Shown in pieces: positions 18,184-27,633 of a DNA stretch of 64,000 nucleotides. Every line of letters starts with the position of its first letter. Position 1 is the first letter of the stretch. The stretch covers positions 42,331 through 106,330 of the forward strand of contig DAISXU010000001.1 in assembly GCA_036825655.1 (NCBI GenBank), given 5' to 3'. Made by a program: the position numbers and the translations under genes. Below the pieces are notes generated by a model that was not told where the DNA came from, did not search any database, and saw only the letters and a list, made by a program, of their open reading frames with translations. This stretch comes from Flavobacteriales bacterium. GTDB taxonomy: Bacteria > Bacteroidota > Bacteroidia > Flavobacteriales_D > Sanyastnellaceae.

Positions 18184-19435
18184 GAATGTAAAGTTTTTGG
18201 CCTACCCGAATCATGGAACCTGTTATGCCGTTCCACTCCTTCAATTGCTGAACGCTCACCCCGTATCGATTCGCAATTGCACCGAGCACGTCACCACTTT
18301 TCACTCGGTAAACCACCGGTTCTGGAGCAAAGACAATTTCAGGCGTTTTCTCTGATTCAAAATTCAACATCCGTTGTTCAAAGGCAAGGAACGATGGAAC
18401 CAACTCCAAGGGCAATCGCAAAGGCCAATGCTCCGGCGGACCTGGTAAAATGTTCTGTCGGTACATGGGGTTCAACCGCGCAATCGACGCCTCACTCAAT
18501 GGAAGTTCCGATGCAATTTGATCAAAACGCATCACGGCGCGAACCTCGATGGTGTCCGTCTCAGACAAGCTAGGCAAGGGGTCTGTTGGAAAGATGTTGT
18601 GCTCCGCATGGAAATTCATCAAGTACGCGACAGCCATGAACGCGGGAACGTAACCGCGAGTTTCAGAGGGCAACCACCTTCTGATTTCCCAATAGGTCTG
18701 CTTTCCTCCACTGCGACGAATGGCCTTGTTTACATTTCCCGGACCCGCATTGTACGCCGCAAGAGCCAGGTACCAATCCCCATACATGCCATGCAGGCGG
18801 CTCAGGTATCGGCAAGCGGCGTCGGTGCTTCTCACTGGGTCCTTTCGCTCATCGATGTAGCTGTCCACCCTAAGTCCCATGAATTTTGCTGTGCCATACA
18901 TGAATTGCCAAAGCCCCGTAGCACCCGCATGAGAGCGGGCAACAGGATTGAGCGCGCTCTCCACGATAGGCAGGTACTTGAGTTCCAACGGCAAATCGTA
19001 CCGATCCAAAGCCTCCTCAAACAAGGGAAAGTAAAACTCCTTTCTGCCCAACATTTCGCCGAGGTGATTCCTTCTCCTCGAAGCATAAAAACCAATGCGG
19101 TCCTGAACCATTGGATTCCAAGAAAAATCCAGGGGTGTTTCCGCATCTAGAACTTTCATTCTATTCTGAATCATCTCCTGATTCAGAGCGGGAACGCCGT
19201 CAGAATCAAACCCGCGAATGTTCCAAATGGCCGTGTCAACAGTGACGCAGCTCATTTCACTGCACCAATCGAACCACACCTCATCCCAAATCATCCAAGA
19301 ACTGTCCGGCACCCACTCTTCAGCAGCTGAAGTTCCCAAGGAATCCAAAAGAGGTGGATCAACACCAACCGAGTCCAGCGGGTGGACCAACGACTGCAGT
19401 GTCAGCGCACTCACGAACAGGGCCGAAGAATGCAT
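18161..19435 (-). CDS. lytic murein transglycosylase (MltD-like) with a C-terminal LysM domain
   Basis: SLT catalytic region (ESALNPVARSHAGATGLWQFM, AYNAGPGNV) and a LysM domain (YRVKSGDVLGAIANRYGVSVQQLKEWNG). Confidence 0.9.
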   Translation of the reverse strand: MHSSALFVSALTLQSLVHPLDSVGVDPPLLDSLGTSAAEEWVPDSSWMIWDEVWFDWCSEMSCVTVDTAIWNIRGFDSDGVPALNQEMIQNRMKVLDAETPLDFSWNPMVQDRIGFYASRRRNHLGEMLGRKEFYFPLFEEALDRYDLPLELKYLPIVESALNPVARSHAGATGLWQFMYGTAKFMGLRVDSYIDERKDPVRSTDAACRYLSRLHGMYGDWYLALAAYNAGPGNVNKAIRRSGGKQTYWEIRRWLPSETRGYVPAFMAVAYLMNFHAEHNIFPTDPLPSLSETDTIEVRAVMRFDQIASELPLSEASIARLNPMYRQNILPGPPEHWPLRLPLELVPSFLAFEQRMLNFESEKTPEIVFAPEPVVYRVKSGDVLGAIANRYGVSVQQLKEWNGITGSMIRVGQKLYIHADPSTL

Positions 19436-19597
19436 TCAGTCTTCCTTGATTCGGTCGTTGTCCTCTTTGTTGGTGGCGTCCTTGAATTCCTTCACACCTC
19501 GCCCTAAGCCGCGCATGAGTTCAGGGATTTTCTTTCCACCAAACAACAAAAGAACAACCAGTAAAATCAGTACTATTTGATAGGGTCCGGGAGTCAT
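19436..19597 (-). CDS. tatA: twin-arginine translocase subunit TatA/E (53 aa, below the ORF-track cutoff)
   Basis: My manual translation of the minus strand gives [53 protein letters not shown]. This has the TM helix, the FGxKKxPE hinge and the amphipathic helix of TatA. Its stop abuts the mltD-like start. Confidence 0.85.
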   Translation of the reverse strand: MTPGPYQIVLILLVVLLLFGGKKIPELMRGLGRGVKEFKDATNKEDNDRIKED

Positions 19598-19657
19598 GGC
19601 CTCAAAATTTCGTGCAAGTTCTGAAGAAATGTCGCTTCATCCATCAATATTAACGAA

Positions 19658-20533
19658 TCATCGACATACACAGTGATTGTCCAAGAGCCTAACCCCCCCG
19701 ATTGTAGCTGCTAGGATGGCAAAACCCAGGCCTTTCGACCCTTCATCCCAAGGAGAAAAAGCAGTGCTTTCCACCAAATCCAAATACGCCAACTCCACTC
19801 CCGCTAGAGCACTGATTTTCGCCCTTCCCCATGTTAGGCATTCATTCGGGTCTTGCCCTTGGCGAATTCGCTCCTCCATGTTAAATAAGGTTTGGGAAAG
19901 TCCTAAAGCCAAATTCCGAGCCTCCGGGGTCAAGCGAGCATTGCGAGAACTCAAAGCAAGGCCATCGACGTCTCGAATCAAAGGACAGCCTAAAATGTCA
20001 ATGTCAGGGTGCCTTTCGCTCACCAGCCTTCGAACCACCGCTAACTGCTGCAGGTCTTTCTCACCAAAATACGCTCTATTTGGCCTCACTGCCTGAAAAA
20101 GCAAGTCCACCACCGCCACTACACCATCAAAATGCCCTGGGCGATCCGCCGCTTCCCACTTGCTTGTGAGGTCGCCATAATTCACCGGCTCAACAGCTGG
20201 CCTGTCGCGGTAAATTTCATCCACACTGGGCATGAAAACAGCATGGGCCCCTGCCGATAAAGCCACTTCGAGGTCCTCCTCTGGTGTTATGGGGTATTGA
20301 TTGAAGTCTTGCTCCGCATTGAACTGGGTGGGGTTGACAAAAATGCTAACAATCACCCGCCCACACTCCTTGGCCGCTTCCTGAATAAGTGTGGCGTGGC
20401 CCGCATGCAATGCGCCCATGGTGGGAACAAAGCCAACCTCATGCCCATTTTCTTTCTGCATTCGGATCCACGCTCCGACATCTGAAACGGTCTTTAGTAC
20501 AGAAAGGGAAATCGTCTGTTTTCCTTGATTCAT
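19658..20533 (-). CDS. panC: pantoate--beta-alanine ligase
   Basis: VPTMGALHAGH signature with full-length similarity to PanC. The ATG at 20533 (MNQGKQ...) is chosen over the longer ORF. Confidence 0.93.
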   Translation of the reverse strand: MNQGKQTISLSVLKTVSDVGAWIRMQKENGHEVGFVPTMGALHAGHATLIQEAAKECGRVIVSIFVNPTQFNAEQDFNQYPITPEEDLEVALSAGAHAVFMPSVDEIYRDRPAVEPVNYGDLTSKWEAADRPGHFDGVVAVVDLLFQAVRPNRAYFGEKDLQQLAVVRRLVSERHPDIDILGCPLIRDVDGLALSSRNARLTPEARNLALGLSQTLFNMEERIRQGQDPNECLTWGRAKISALAGVELAYLDLVESTAFSPWDEGSKGLGFAILAATIGGVRLLDNHCVCR

Positions 20534-20545
20534 CGAGGGTTTCGC

Positions 20546-20576
20546 TTGGATAATGCTGAAAAAATGCTTACTTTTG
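20546..20576 (+). promoter_or_regulatory. candidate Bacteroidota sigma-A type promoter for the glycogen-synthase-like gene
   Basis: TTG at 20546-20548 and TACTTTTG (TAnnTTTG consensus) at 20569-20576, 27 nt upstream of the ATG at 20604. Confidence 0.35.
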
Positions 20577-20603
20577 TTGTGGTCGGTCCTCAAGTCAAGA
20601 AGT

Positions 20604-21434
20604 ATGAGCAAGTCAAGGATTTTGTATGTGTCGCAGCACGTGGTTCCATTCCTCCCCGCGACACAGATGAGTAGTGTAAGTAGAAACCTACCTCAGGGTG
20701 TCCACGAAAAGGGCAGAGAAATCCGAGTCTTTACTCCTCGTTTTGGCAAAATTAATGAACGTCGTCATCAATTGCACGAGGTGATTCGCCTCTCGGGCAT
20801 GAATTTAAGTGTCGACGACACGGATCATCCCCTCATCATCAAAGTCGCATCCATTCCCACAGCGCGAATGCAAGTGTACTTCATCGACAACGAGAGCTAT
20901 TTCAAGCGGAAGTTCGTTCTTCGTGACGGTGAAGGAAAGCTCTTCGCAGACAACGACGAACGTGCCATTTTCTTCGTGCGTGGCGTGTTGGAAACCGTGA
21001 AGAAACTCGGTTGGGCACCCGACATCATTCACTGCAGTGGTTGGATGGCCAACCTCATGCCGGCCTACCTTAAGGACGTTTACAAGGACGATCCGTATTT
21101 CGCCAACAGCAAGGTGGTTTGCAGCATCTACGATGAAGGTTTTGAAGGGGCTTTAAATAGCAGAATGGCTGAGAAAATCACGCAAGACGGGGTGAAATCT
21201 GACACAATTGCCGCCATTCAGGAGCCAACCTTTGATAACCTCAATGCGCTGGCCATTGAGCATGCCGACGGAATCATTGTTGGGTCTGAAAACCTTGATT
21301 CCCAGTCCCTTAACATGATTGAAGAGCGTGATGTGCCGACCATGAGGTACCACGGAGAGGAGGGGTATGTAGCGGACATAAACAATTTTTACGATACAAT
21401 TCTCGAGGGAAAGACTGAGGCTGTCGCGGAATAA
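20604..21434 (+). CDS. short glycogen/starch synthase-like protein (Glyco_transf_5 N-terminal domain only)
   Basis: ILYVSQHVVPFLPATQMS...RVFTPRFGKINERRHQLHEV resembles the N-terminal half of GlgA. At ~276 aa it lacks the C-terminal Rossmann half, as in the usual Bacteroidota panC-divergent gene. Confidence 0.85.
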   Translation: MSKSRILYVSQHVVPFLPATQMSSVSRNLPQGVHEKGREIRVFTPRFGKINERRHQLHEVIRLSGMNLSVDDTDHPLIIKVASIPTARMQVYFIDNESYFKRKFVLRDGEGKLFADNDERAIFFVRGVLETVKKLGWAPDIIHCSGWMANLMPAYLKDVYKDDPYFANSKVVCSIYDEGFEGALNSRMAEKITQDGVKSDTIAAIQEPTFDNLNALAIEHADGIIVGSENLDSQSLNMIEERDVPTMRYHGEEGYVADINNFYDTILEGKTEAVAE

Positions 21435-21450
21435 CGGAACTTCGCGCCCC

Positions 21451-22791
21451 ATGAGGAAGTTCTGCACACGCCTAACCTCGGCAGCCATGGCCGTATTGAT
21501 TGGAGGATTGGCCATTCTCACAAGTTGCACGCGACCGGAGACGACCATTGGTCTGGATTTACAATCCCCTGGAGACTTGCTTACGGCGTATCAAACCGAC
21601 ACCTTCGAGGTGAGACTCACCACCCTAAGGGAGGATAGCCTCGAAACAGACAACCTGAGCACTGCCGTGCTTGGAAGGATGTGGCACCCCTTGAGCGGCT
21701 GGCATGAAGGAAGCTTCGTTAGTCAATTGAGGCTTTCTGCTCCCGATCAGGATTTCGGTTCAAACCCTGTCATCGACAGCATCTACCTCAGCCTCCACTA
21801 TACCGGCGCTTTGTACGGAATGCCACAAAGCCAGCGAATCCGGGTACATCGATTAACAGAAGGAGTATTCCTCGATTCGACTTACCACTCCAATCGGGCC
21901 TGGCAAATAGACGAATTGAACCTGGCCGATGAATCGTTTCAACCTTTGATTTTGGATCCTGCAAGGGACATCATCTTGGCTGACGACACGATTGCGCCAG
22001 AAGTCCGAATTTACCTGGCTGACGAATTTGGTCAGGAACTGCTCAATGCAGACCCCAACATTTTTTCCTCCAACACCGAATGGCTCGAATATTTGCCTGG
22101 GTTAATGGTAGCCGCTGAAGGCGTGGGTCAGGGAGATGGAGCAGTGGGAATCGATTTGGCTAACGGGCTCAGCGGCATGGTCATGCACTACCACAACGAC
22201 AACGACACCGCTCAATACACTTTCAACATCAATGCCTTGTGTGGGAGGGCGAATGTGTTTGAGCACGACTGGCTTGGCGACTTATCGGCATTCAATGACC
22301 CATCGCAAGGCGCCTTAGAACCCAACTCTTCCGTTCACATCTTTTCAGCCGCAGGCACCAAGGTGCTCGTAGAATTTCCTGATCTGCTTGAACTGCGAAA
22401 TAACCCCGAACTGGCCATTCACAAAGCCGAGTTGTGGTTGCCGGTAAGCGATCGTTCATTGCAAGAATCTCCGAGGTATCCACTTCAAGACCAATTCTTC
22501 ATCCTCACAGAAAACGAAGAGGGCAACCCCACCTCCACGCCTGATCAAAACTCAATCGGACTCAACATCAACGGCAATTACGACCGTGATACCCTGGCTT
22601 ATCGCTTCAACCTCTCCCAAACCGTGCAGCAAATGCTCAATGGTACCATGGAAGGCTCCCCTTTGTACCTCGTTTCAAGTCGATCAGGCATTTCATTCCA
22701 GGGCGTTGAACTCAATGCCCCAGATTTGCATGCCGTTGATGGACCTCAAGCCTACCGCAACGCCCGCCTTGTTTTGACTTTCAGCCATTAA
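21451..22791 (+). CDS. DUF4270-like lipoprotein
   Basis: It has a lipoprotein signal (LAILTSCTRP). Its conserved position between the glgA-like gene and glmS is typical of DUF4270 in Bacteroidota; the family name is from memory. Confidence 0.75.
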   Translation: MRKFCTRLTSAAMAVLIGGLAILTSCTRPETTIGLDLQSPGDLLTAYQTDTFEVRLTTLREDSLETDNLSTAVLGRMWHPLSGWHEGSFVSQLRLSAPDQDFGSNPVIDSIYLSLHYTGALYGMPQSQRIRVHRLTEGVFLDSTYHSNRAWQIDELNLADESFQPLILDPARDIILADDTIAPEVRIYLADEFGQELLNADPNIFSSNTEWLEYLPGLMVAAEGVGQGDGAVGIDLANGLSGMVMHYHNDNDTAQYTFNINALCGRANVFEHDWLGDLSAFNDPSQGALEPNSSVHIFSAAGTKVLVEFPDLLELRNNPELAIHKAELWLPVSDRSLQESPRYPLQDQFFILTENEEGNPTSTPDQNSIGLNINGNYDRDTLAYRFNLSQTVQQMLNGTMEGSPLYLVSSRSGISFQGVELNAPDLHAVDGPQAYRNARLVLTFSH

Positions 22792-22806
22792 CCTTACCTT
22801 TTCATC

Positions 22807-24654
22807 ATGTGTGGAATAGTAGCGTACATAGGGGGTCAAGAGGCCTTTCCTATTTTGATCAAGGGCCTTCAGCGATTGGAATACCGCGGTTACGATAGTG
22901 CGGGAGTGGCCGTTGGATCGGCGGGCGAGCGAATGAGTGTAGCTAAAAAAAAGGGGCGAGTCTCGGACTTGTTGGATTCCATAGGTGAAACCAAAATCAC
23001 TGGAAACATTGGAATTGGACATACGCGTTGGGCCACTCACGGCCCTCCCAATGACGTCAATGCCCACCCGCATTTAGGTGGAGGTGGAGATTTGGCACTC
23101 ATCCACAATGGGATCATCGAAAATTACCACGCCTTAAAGGAGAGCCTTCGACAGCGCGGGCACGAATTCAAAAGCGACACTGACACAGAAGTGTTGGTTC
23201 ATCTGATTGAAGAAATCAGAAAAACCACAGGCAAGTCACTGTTCGAAGCTGTGCGAATTGCACTCAACGAAGTTGACGGAGCCTATGCCATTGTGGTTAT
23301 GGATGAATCGAACCCCAATGAATTGATCGCCGCACGAAAATCCAGTCCATTGGTCATTGGGGTCGGTGAGTCTGGGGATTATTACGTGGCCTCTGACGCG
23401 ACACCCATTGTGGAGTACACGGCCAATGTAGTTTACTTGGAAGATGAGGAAATTGCCATCATTCACCGTGAATCTGGTCTGCACATCCGAACCATCCACA
23501 ACAATGAGGTCACCCCGGAAATCATCGAGTTGGAAATGCAGTTGGAAGCCATCGAAAAAGGCGGCTTCGAGCACTTCATGCTCAAAGAAATTTTCGAACA
23601 ACCTCGATCCATTCAGGACTCCATCCGAGGCCGATTGAATGTCCAACAAGGGACCATTCACCTTTCCGGGATTGACGATCATTGGGAGCGTTGGAGCCAA
23701 GCAGGAAGGCTCATCGTTGTTGCATGCGGTACGAGTTGGCACGCAGGCCTTGTGGCTGAATACCTGTTCGAAGAATTTGCGCGCATTCCCGTTGAAGTTG
23801 AATACGCATCAGAATTCAGGTACCGAAACCCCATCATTCGGCCTGACGATGTCGTGATTGCAATCAGTCAAAGTGGGGAGACCGCCGATACCCTAGCTGC
23901 CATTCAATTGGCCAAGCAACATGGCGCTCATGTTTTTGGGGTTTGCAACGTTGTCGGATCCAGCATCTCAAGGGAAACAGAGGCGGGCGCATACACGCAT
24001 GCCGGACCGGAGATTGGCGTGGCTTCAACCAAAGCGTTCACAGCGCAAGTTGCGGTTTTGACCATGATGGCATTGCACATCGGCCAACGCAAAGGCACCA
24101 TCGCCCCGAAACGATTCTATCGGCTGATCAACGAATTGGCGACAATCTCGGAAAAAGTAGCGTCCGTATTGGAGCAAGAGCCGTTGATCAAAAAAATCGC
24201 AGCAGACTTTCACCAGTCAAGCAATGCCCTCTATTTAGGGAGGGGCGTGAATTTCCCCGTCGCTCTTGAGGGAGCCTTGAAGCTCAAAGAAATCAGCTAC
24301 ATCCACGCGGAAGGCTATCCGGCCGCCGAAATGAAACATGGCCCCATCGCATTGATTGATGCGGAAATGCCCGTCGTATTCCTGGCTACAACGGACGACG
24401 TGTATGAAAAGGTGCTCTCCAACATACAAGAGGTGAAGGCCCGGGGAGGGCGGCTCATTGCCGTGGTGACAGAGGGAAACCGCGACTTGGTTCAAATGGC
24501 AGAATTCATCATATCCGTTCCTGCATGCGATGAGGCACTCGCACCACTGATCTCTGCCGTCCCATTGCAACTCCTGAGCTACCACATTGCAGTTATGCGG
24601 GAATGCAACGTAGATCAACCTAGAAATCTCGCTAAAAGCGTGACGGTGGAGTGA
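22807..24654 (+). CDS. glmS: glutamine--fructose-6-phosphate aminotransferase (isomerising)
   Basis: It has the N-terminal MCGIVAYIG nucleophile, two SIS domains and the C-terminal ...NLAKSVTVE. Confidence 0.97.
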   Translation: MCGIVAYIGGQEAFPILIKGLQRLEYRGYDSAGVAVGSAGERMSVAKKKGRVSDLLDSIGETKITGNIGIGHTRWATHGPPNDVNAHPHLGGGGDLALIHNGIIENYHALKESLRQRGHEFKSDTDTEVLVHLIEEIRKTTGKSLFEAVRIALNEVDGAYAIVVMDESNPNELIAARKSSPLVIGVGESGDYYVASDATPIVEYTANVVYLEDEEIAIIHRESGLHIRTIHNNEVTPEIIELEMQLEAIEKGGFEHFMLKEIFEQPRSIQDSIRGRLNVQQGTIHLSGIDDHWERWSQAGRLIVVACGTSWHAGLVAEYLFEEFARIPVEVEYASEFRYRNPIIRPDDVVIAISQSGETADTLAAIQLAKQHGAHVFGVCNVVGSSISRETEAGAYTHAGPEIGVASTKAFTAQVAVLTMMALHIGQRKGTIAPKRFYRLINELATISEKVASVLEQEPLIKKIAADFHQSSNALYLGRGVNFPVALEGALKLKEISYIHAEGYPAAEMKHGPIALIDAEMPVVFLATTDDVYEKVLSNIQEVKARGGRLIAVVTEGNRDLVQMAEFIISVPACDEALAPLISAVPLQLLSYHIAVMRECNVDQPRNLAKSVTVE

Positions 24655-24664
24655 CATTCTTGAA

Positions 24665-24693
24665 GCGCTCAACTTATTCACAATGAGCGTTTT
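24665..24693 (+). terminator. weak candidate intrinsic terminator after glmS
   Basis: A 6-bp stem, CGCTCA (24666-24671) pairing with TGAGCG (24684-24689), is followed by TTTT. The loop is long, so confidence is low. Confidence 0.3.
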
Positions 24694-24790
24694 GCCTGTT
24701 GAAAACATCTAAATCTCATTGGCGAGTAAACAAATTGCATGTTTTTTCCGTTTCTTGCGGGCGGAATTCTAGAAACCACAATACACAGTC

Positions 24791-25570
24791 ATGAAGAAAC
24801 TCATGTTCGCATTGGCGCTTACAGCGCTGGTTACTGCAGGAGCAACTGCGCAAAAGCAAATGGGCGATGAGCACAACATCGAGGTGAGCTTCTCACCCCT
24901 CAGCGATAGCCCCATTGATGCAACCATCATTAAGTACCGGAACTTCCTCGACGACAACCGAGCCTTCCGTTTGAGCTTCATGTTGAACACCACCACAGAC
25001 ACTTACGTGACGGCGCAGGAGGGTGACTTCTCTGAAGAAGATCCAGTAAGCCCACAATTGCACGATATCTACGGCAACACCTCCTTCGGAATTGCACCAG
25101 GATATGAAATGCACTTCGACGGAACAGATAACTTGTCTCCTTATTTCGCCATCGAGGGTTACTTCGTAATGGGAAAGAGCAGCTACGAGCAAGAGTTCTG
25201 GGGTGCGAACGACATCGACAACTTGGGACAACTTGAGAAGAACATCACTTGGTCTTACACTACTTCGCAAGGGTACAACGCAATTGGTTTGAACCTCTTG
25301 TTCGGTGCTGACTACTACTTCACCGACATGATGTACGTTGGGTTTGAAGCTGGTCTTGGATTCGGCTCAACCAACGTGACCAATTTCGAGTATGAAATCA
25401 GTGATTTGGTAGCCTACAACTTGAATGTTGGAGGCGCTCCAGACGACGACGCTCCCGTGTCAGTCGCAGGTTCTTACGACGAGTTTGATTTGTACGACGG
25501 TTACCTCTCCACAGGACAATTGGGTAACGTCTTCCAGGGGTCGCTCCGTTTGGGCTTCCTCTTCCAATAA
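24791..25570 (+). CDS. hypothetical outer-membrane beta-barrel-like protein
   Basis: It has a signal peptide (ALALTALVTAGATAQ), alternating aromatic/Gly strands and a C-terminal ...SLRLGFLFQ. A strong terminator follows. Confidence 0.8.
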   Translation: MKKLMFALALTALVTAGATAQKQMGDEHNIEVSFSPLSDSPIDATIIKYRNFLDDNRAFRLSFMLNTTTDTYVTAQEGDFSEEDPVSPQLHDIYGNTSFGIAPGYEMHFDGTDNLSPYFAIEGYFVMGKSSYEQEFWGANDIDNLGQLEKNITWSYTTSQGYNAIGLNLLFGADYYFTDMMYVGFEAGLGFGSTNVTNFEYEISDLVAYNLNVGGAPDDDAPVSVAGSYDEFDLYDGYLSTGQLGNVFQGSLRLGFLFQ

Positions 25571-25589
25571 GCCGAATTTTGAAGAAAAA

Positions 25590-25619
25590 GGGCGGTCCCG
25601 ATGGGATCGCCCTTTTTTT
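25590..25619 (+). terminator. rho-independent terminator
   Basis: A 10-bp stem (GGGCGGTCCC / GGGATCGCCC, one G-U pair) with a 3-nt loop is followed by T7 at 25613-25619. Confidence 0.85.
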
Positions 25620-25678
25620 ATGCCCAAGCCGTCCGTGAACTTAGGTATATCTTCGTTTGCGAACACGAAACGAAGCAC

Positions 25679-26458
25679 ATGAATCCTTCAATTACCATTC
25701 CCGTACTGAGCATGATTTTGGGGGGATCCCTCCATGAAATCGACTTGTCCCAACCGCTCGATTTATCCTTGCCTTTGATCGCGGACCGGGAGGGTCCTTC
25801 TGCCTGGTACGTTGATCCACTTCGAATCGAACCTGTGAGGGGAAATGGTTGGGTGGGTGCCGTGGCAGAGGGGGGCAGCGTGAACTTTCGGGACATCGCA
25901 TTCAACCCCCATGGACATGGCACGCACACCGAGTGTGTCGGACACATAACGGAAGTTGTCCATTCGGTAAATGAGGTTGTTTTTCCCGCTTTTATGGAAG
26001 CCCTAGTCATTACGGTGGCACCTCAAATTTTAGCCAATGGCGATGCCGTCATAGGGGCTGAAACCCTCAGAAATGCCGTCCCCATAACCGGCGCTGCAGC
26101 CGTTGTGATTCGCACCTTGCCCAACGATCCGCAGAAGCAAATCCGAAATTGGTCCCACACCAATCCGACTTACTTCGACCCAGAAGGGCTCGCCTACCTA
26201 GCCGACGTGGGGGTGGCGCATCTGTTGGTAGACCTGCCCTCCGTTGACCGTGAAGAAGACGGGGGGGCCCTTGCCGCCCACCGTGCCTTTTGGCAACTGG
26301 ACAGCCTCAACGCTCCTCGCATGGAGGCTACCATCACCGAATTCATCTTCGTTTCTGATGAGGTCACAGACGGATGGTATGCCCTCAACCTTCAAACAGC
26401 GTCTTTTGTCAATGATGCGACGCCAAGTAGGCCGGTTTTATACCCGATAGCAAAATAA
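25679..26458 (+). CDS. cyclase-family (kynurenine formamidase-like) protein
   Basis: The NPHGHGTHTECVGH motif resembles the HxGTHxDxPxH metal site of the putative cyclase family. The start is set at the ATG at 25679, because the longer ORF would begin inside the upstream terminator. Confidence 0.7.
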   Translation: MNPSITIPVLSMILGGSLHEIDLSQPLDLSLPLIADREGPSAWYVDPLRIEPVRGNGWVGAVAEGGSVNFRDIAFNPHGHGTHTECVGHITEVVHSVNEVVFPAFMEALVITVAPQILANGDAVIGAETLRNAVPITGAAAVVIRTLPNDPQKQIRNWSHTNPTYFDPEGLAYLADVGVAHLLVDLPSVDREEDGGALAAHRAFWQLDSLNAPRMEATITEFIFVSDEVTDGWYALNLQTASFVNDATPSRPVLYPIAK

Positions 26459-26494
26459 ACTTCATCACTTACATTCGCTGCAAAAAACAACATC

Positions 26495-26905
26495 ATGAAA
26501 GCCATACACCTCACAGCCATTGCGCTCCTTATTGGTGCGACCAGCTGCACCAACACCTACCGCAGCGCGAAGCTATCTGAGAGCGAGGTAACGCTTGACA
26601 TTGCTCCCGTTCAAGTCGACATCGAAGTCGACACCACACAGACCCTTTCAGGTGTAACCAAGTCGACGGTCATCCTCGGTTTCATTCGCATTGGCGAAAA
26701 CAAATACGCCCTCTACCCTCACATGCAATTCGAGCGTGGCCCTGGTCGTACTGAAAAGCAAATAGCGGTTTCTAAGGCCCTCGAGGGGACCGATTTTGAC
26801 GTGTTGCTCAATCCCAAGTTCATCATCCAACAGCGCCGAGCGCCCTTTGTGGTCAGGACTACCTGCCAGGTTGTTGGATTTGGTGGAACGTTCATTTTCG
26901 AATGA
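26495..26905 (+). CDS. hypothetical small lipoprotein
   Basis: 136 aa with a lipobox (LLIGATSCTN). Its stop overlaps the next ATG (ATGA at 26902-26905). I recognise no family. Confidence 0.7.
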   Translation: MKAIHLTAIALLIGATSCTNTYRSAKLSESEVTLDIAPVQVDIEVDTTQTLSGVTKSTVILGFIRIGENKYALYPHMQFERGPGRTEKQIAVSKALEGTDFDVLLNPKFIIQQRRAPFVVRTTCQVVGFGGTFIFE

Positions 26906-27633
26906 TGAAACACGTCACTCACATCACCTCCGCGCTCTTCGGTTTCGTCTTCATGGCCCATGTGGCGAACGCGCAAAAGCTGGATGAGGGTTTGTTCGAA
27001 CAGGGATCGAGTTCTTCTTGGGACATGCGATCCAGCATCGAACAGCTCATGGCAGATTTGGACGCCAACAGGAACAGTCAAATGGGCTTCCAAGTAAGTT
27101 TTCAATTCTCTTGGATGGTGGCCCCTGAAGGCTTCGCATACGAGGACGGGCTCAACATTATCACAAGGACTTCACGCCTGCTTTACCCAGGTTGGAGCGA
27201 ATCACAGGCCAACGATTTCTCCCAAACCATTTCCAACACAGGGCTTTGGAATCGCTTTGCTGATGAAAACCGGGCGGCTCGGCCGTGGAGTTTCCGATTC
27301 GCTTGGGTGGATGAAACCACCTTGCCCCTGAGCCTGTCCTTTGGTGTAGGTCAAATGGGTTTGGACTATTACATCGAGGCGCAAGATGTTGAAGGCTCTG
27401 CCATCGGCTTGAATGCCCATCAAGTTCGAGCCACCACATTCATCTCTGATTTCCACAGGCTAAAGGAAGAATTCGGAAATCCATGGTGGTTTCCGCAAGA
27501 CCCAAGAACGCCTGATGCCCTGGCGGCTTGGTACCTTGAGGGGGGGTGGGAAAGCGCATTCATCCATTGGCTTCCTTATTCGTCCATTACCGCTTACCCA
27601 TTGGGGTCGCTGATGCGGTTAGGAAAGACTTGA
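26902..27633 (+). CDS. hypothetical secreted protein, probably the N-terminal part of a frameshifted outer-membrane protein
   Basis: It has a signal peptide (ALFGFVFMAHVANAQ). The reading frame ends at 27633, but the other frame stays open from the G7 tract at 27540 through 27872. Confidence 0.65.
   Translation: MMKHVTHITSALFGFVFMAHVANAQKLDEGLFEQGSSSSWDMRSSIEQLMADLDANRNSQMGFQVSFQFSWMVAPEGFAYEDGLNIITRTSRLLYPGWSESQANDFSQTISNTGLWNRFADENRAARPWSFRFAWVDETTLPLSLSFGVGQMGLDYYIEAQDVEGSAIGLNAHQVRATTFISDFHRLKEEFGNPWWFPQDPRTPDALAAWYLEGGWESAFIHWLPYSSITAYPLGSLMRLGKT
27540..27546 (+). repeat. G7 homopolymer at the frame junction
   Basis: The sequence gagGGGGGGtgg was read directly. One extra G would fuse 26902-27539 in frame to 27547-27872. 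Confidence 0.9.

Noticed and set aside
25601-25678. Upstream extension of the cyclase-family ORF (start at 25601)
   Set aside because: That start would lie inside the stem-loop and T-run of the strong terminator at 25590-25619. The ATG at 25679 is more plausible.
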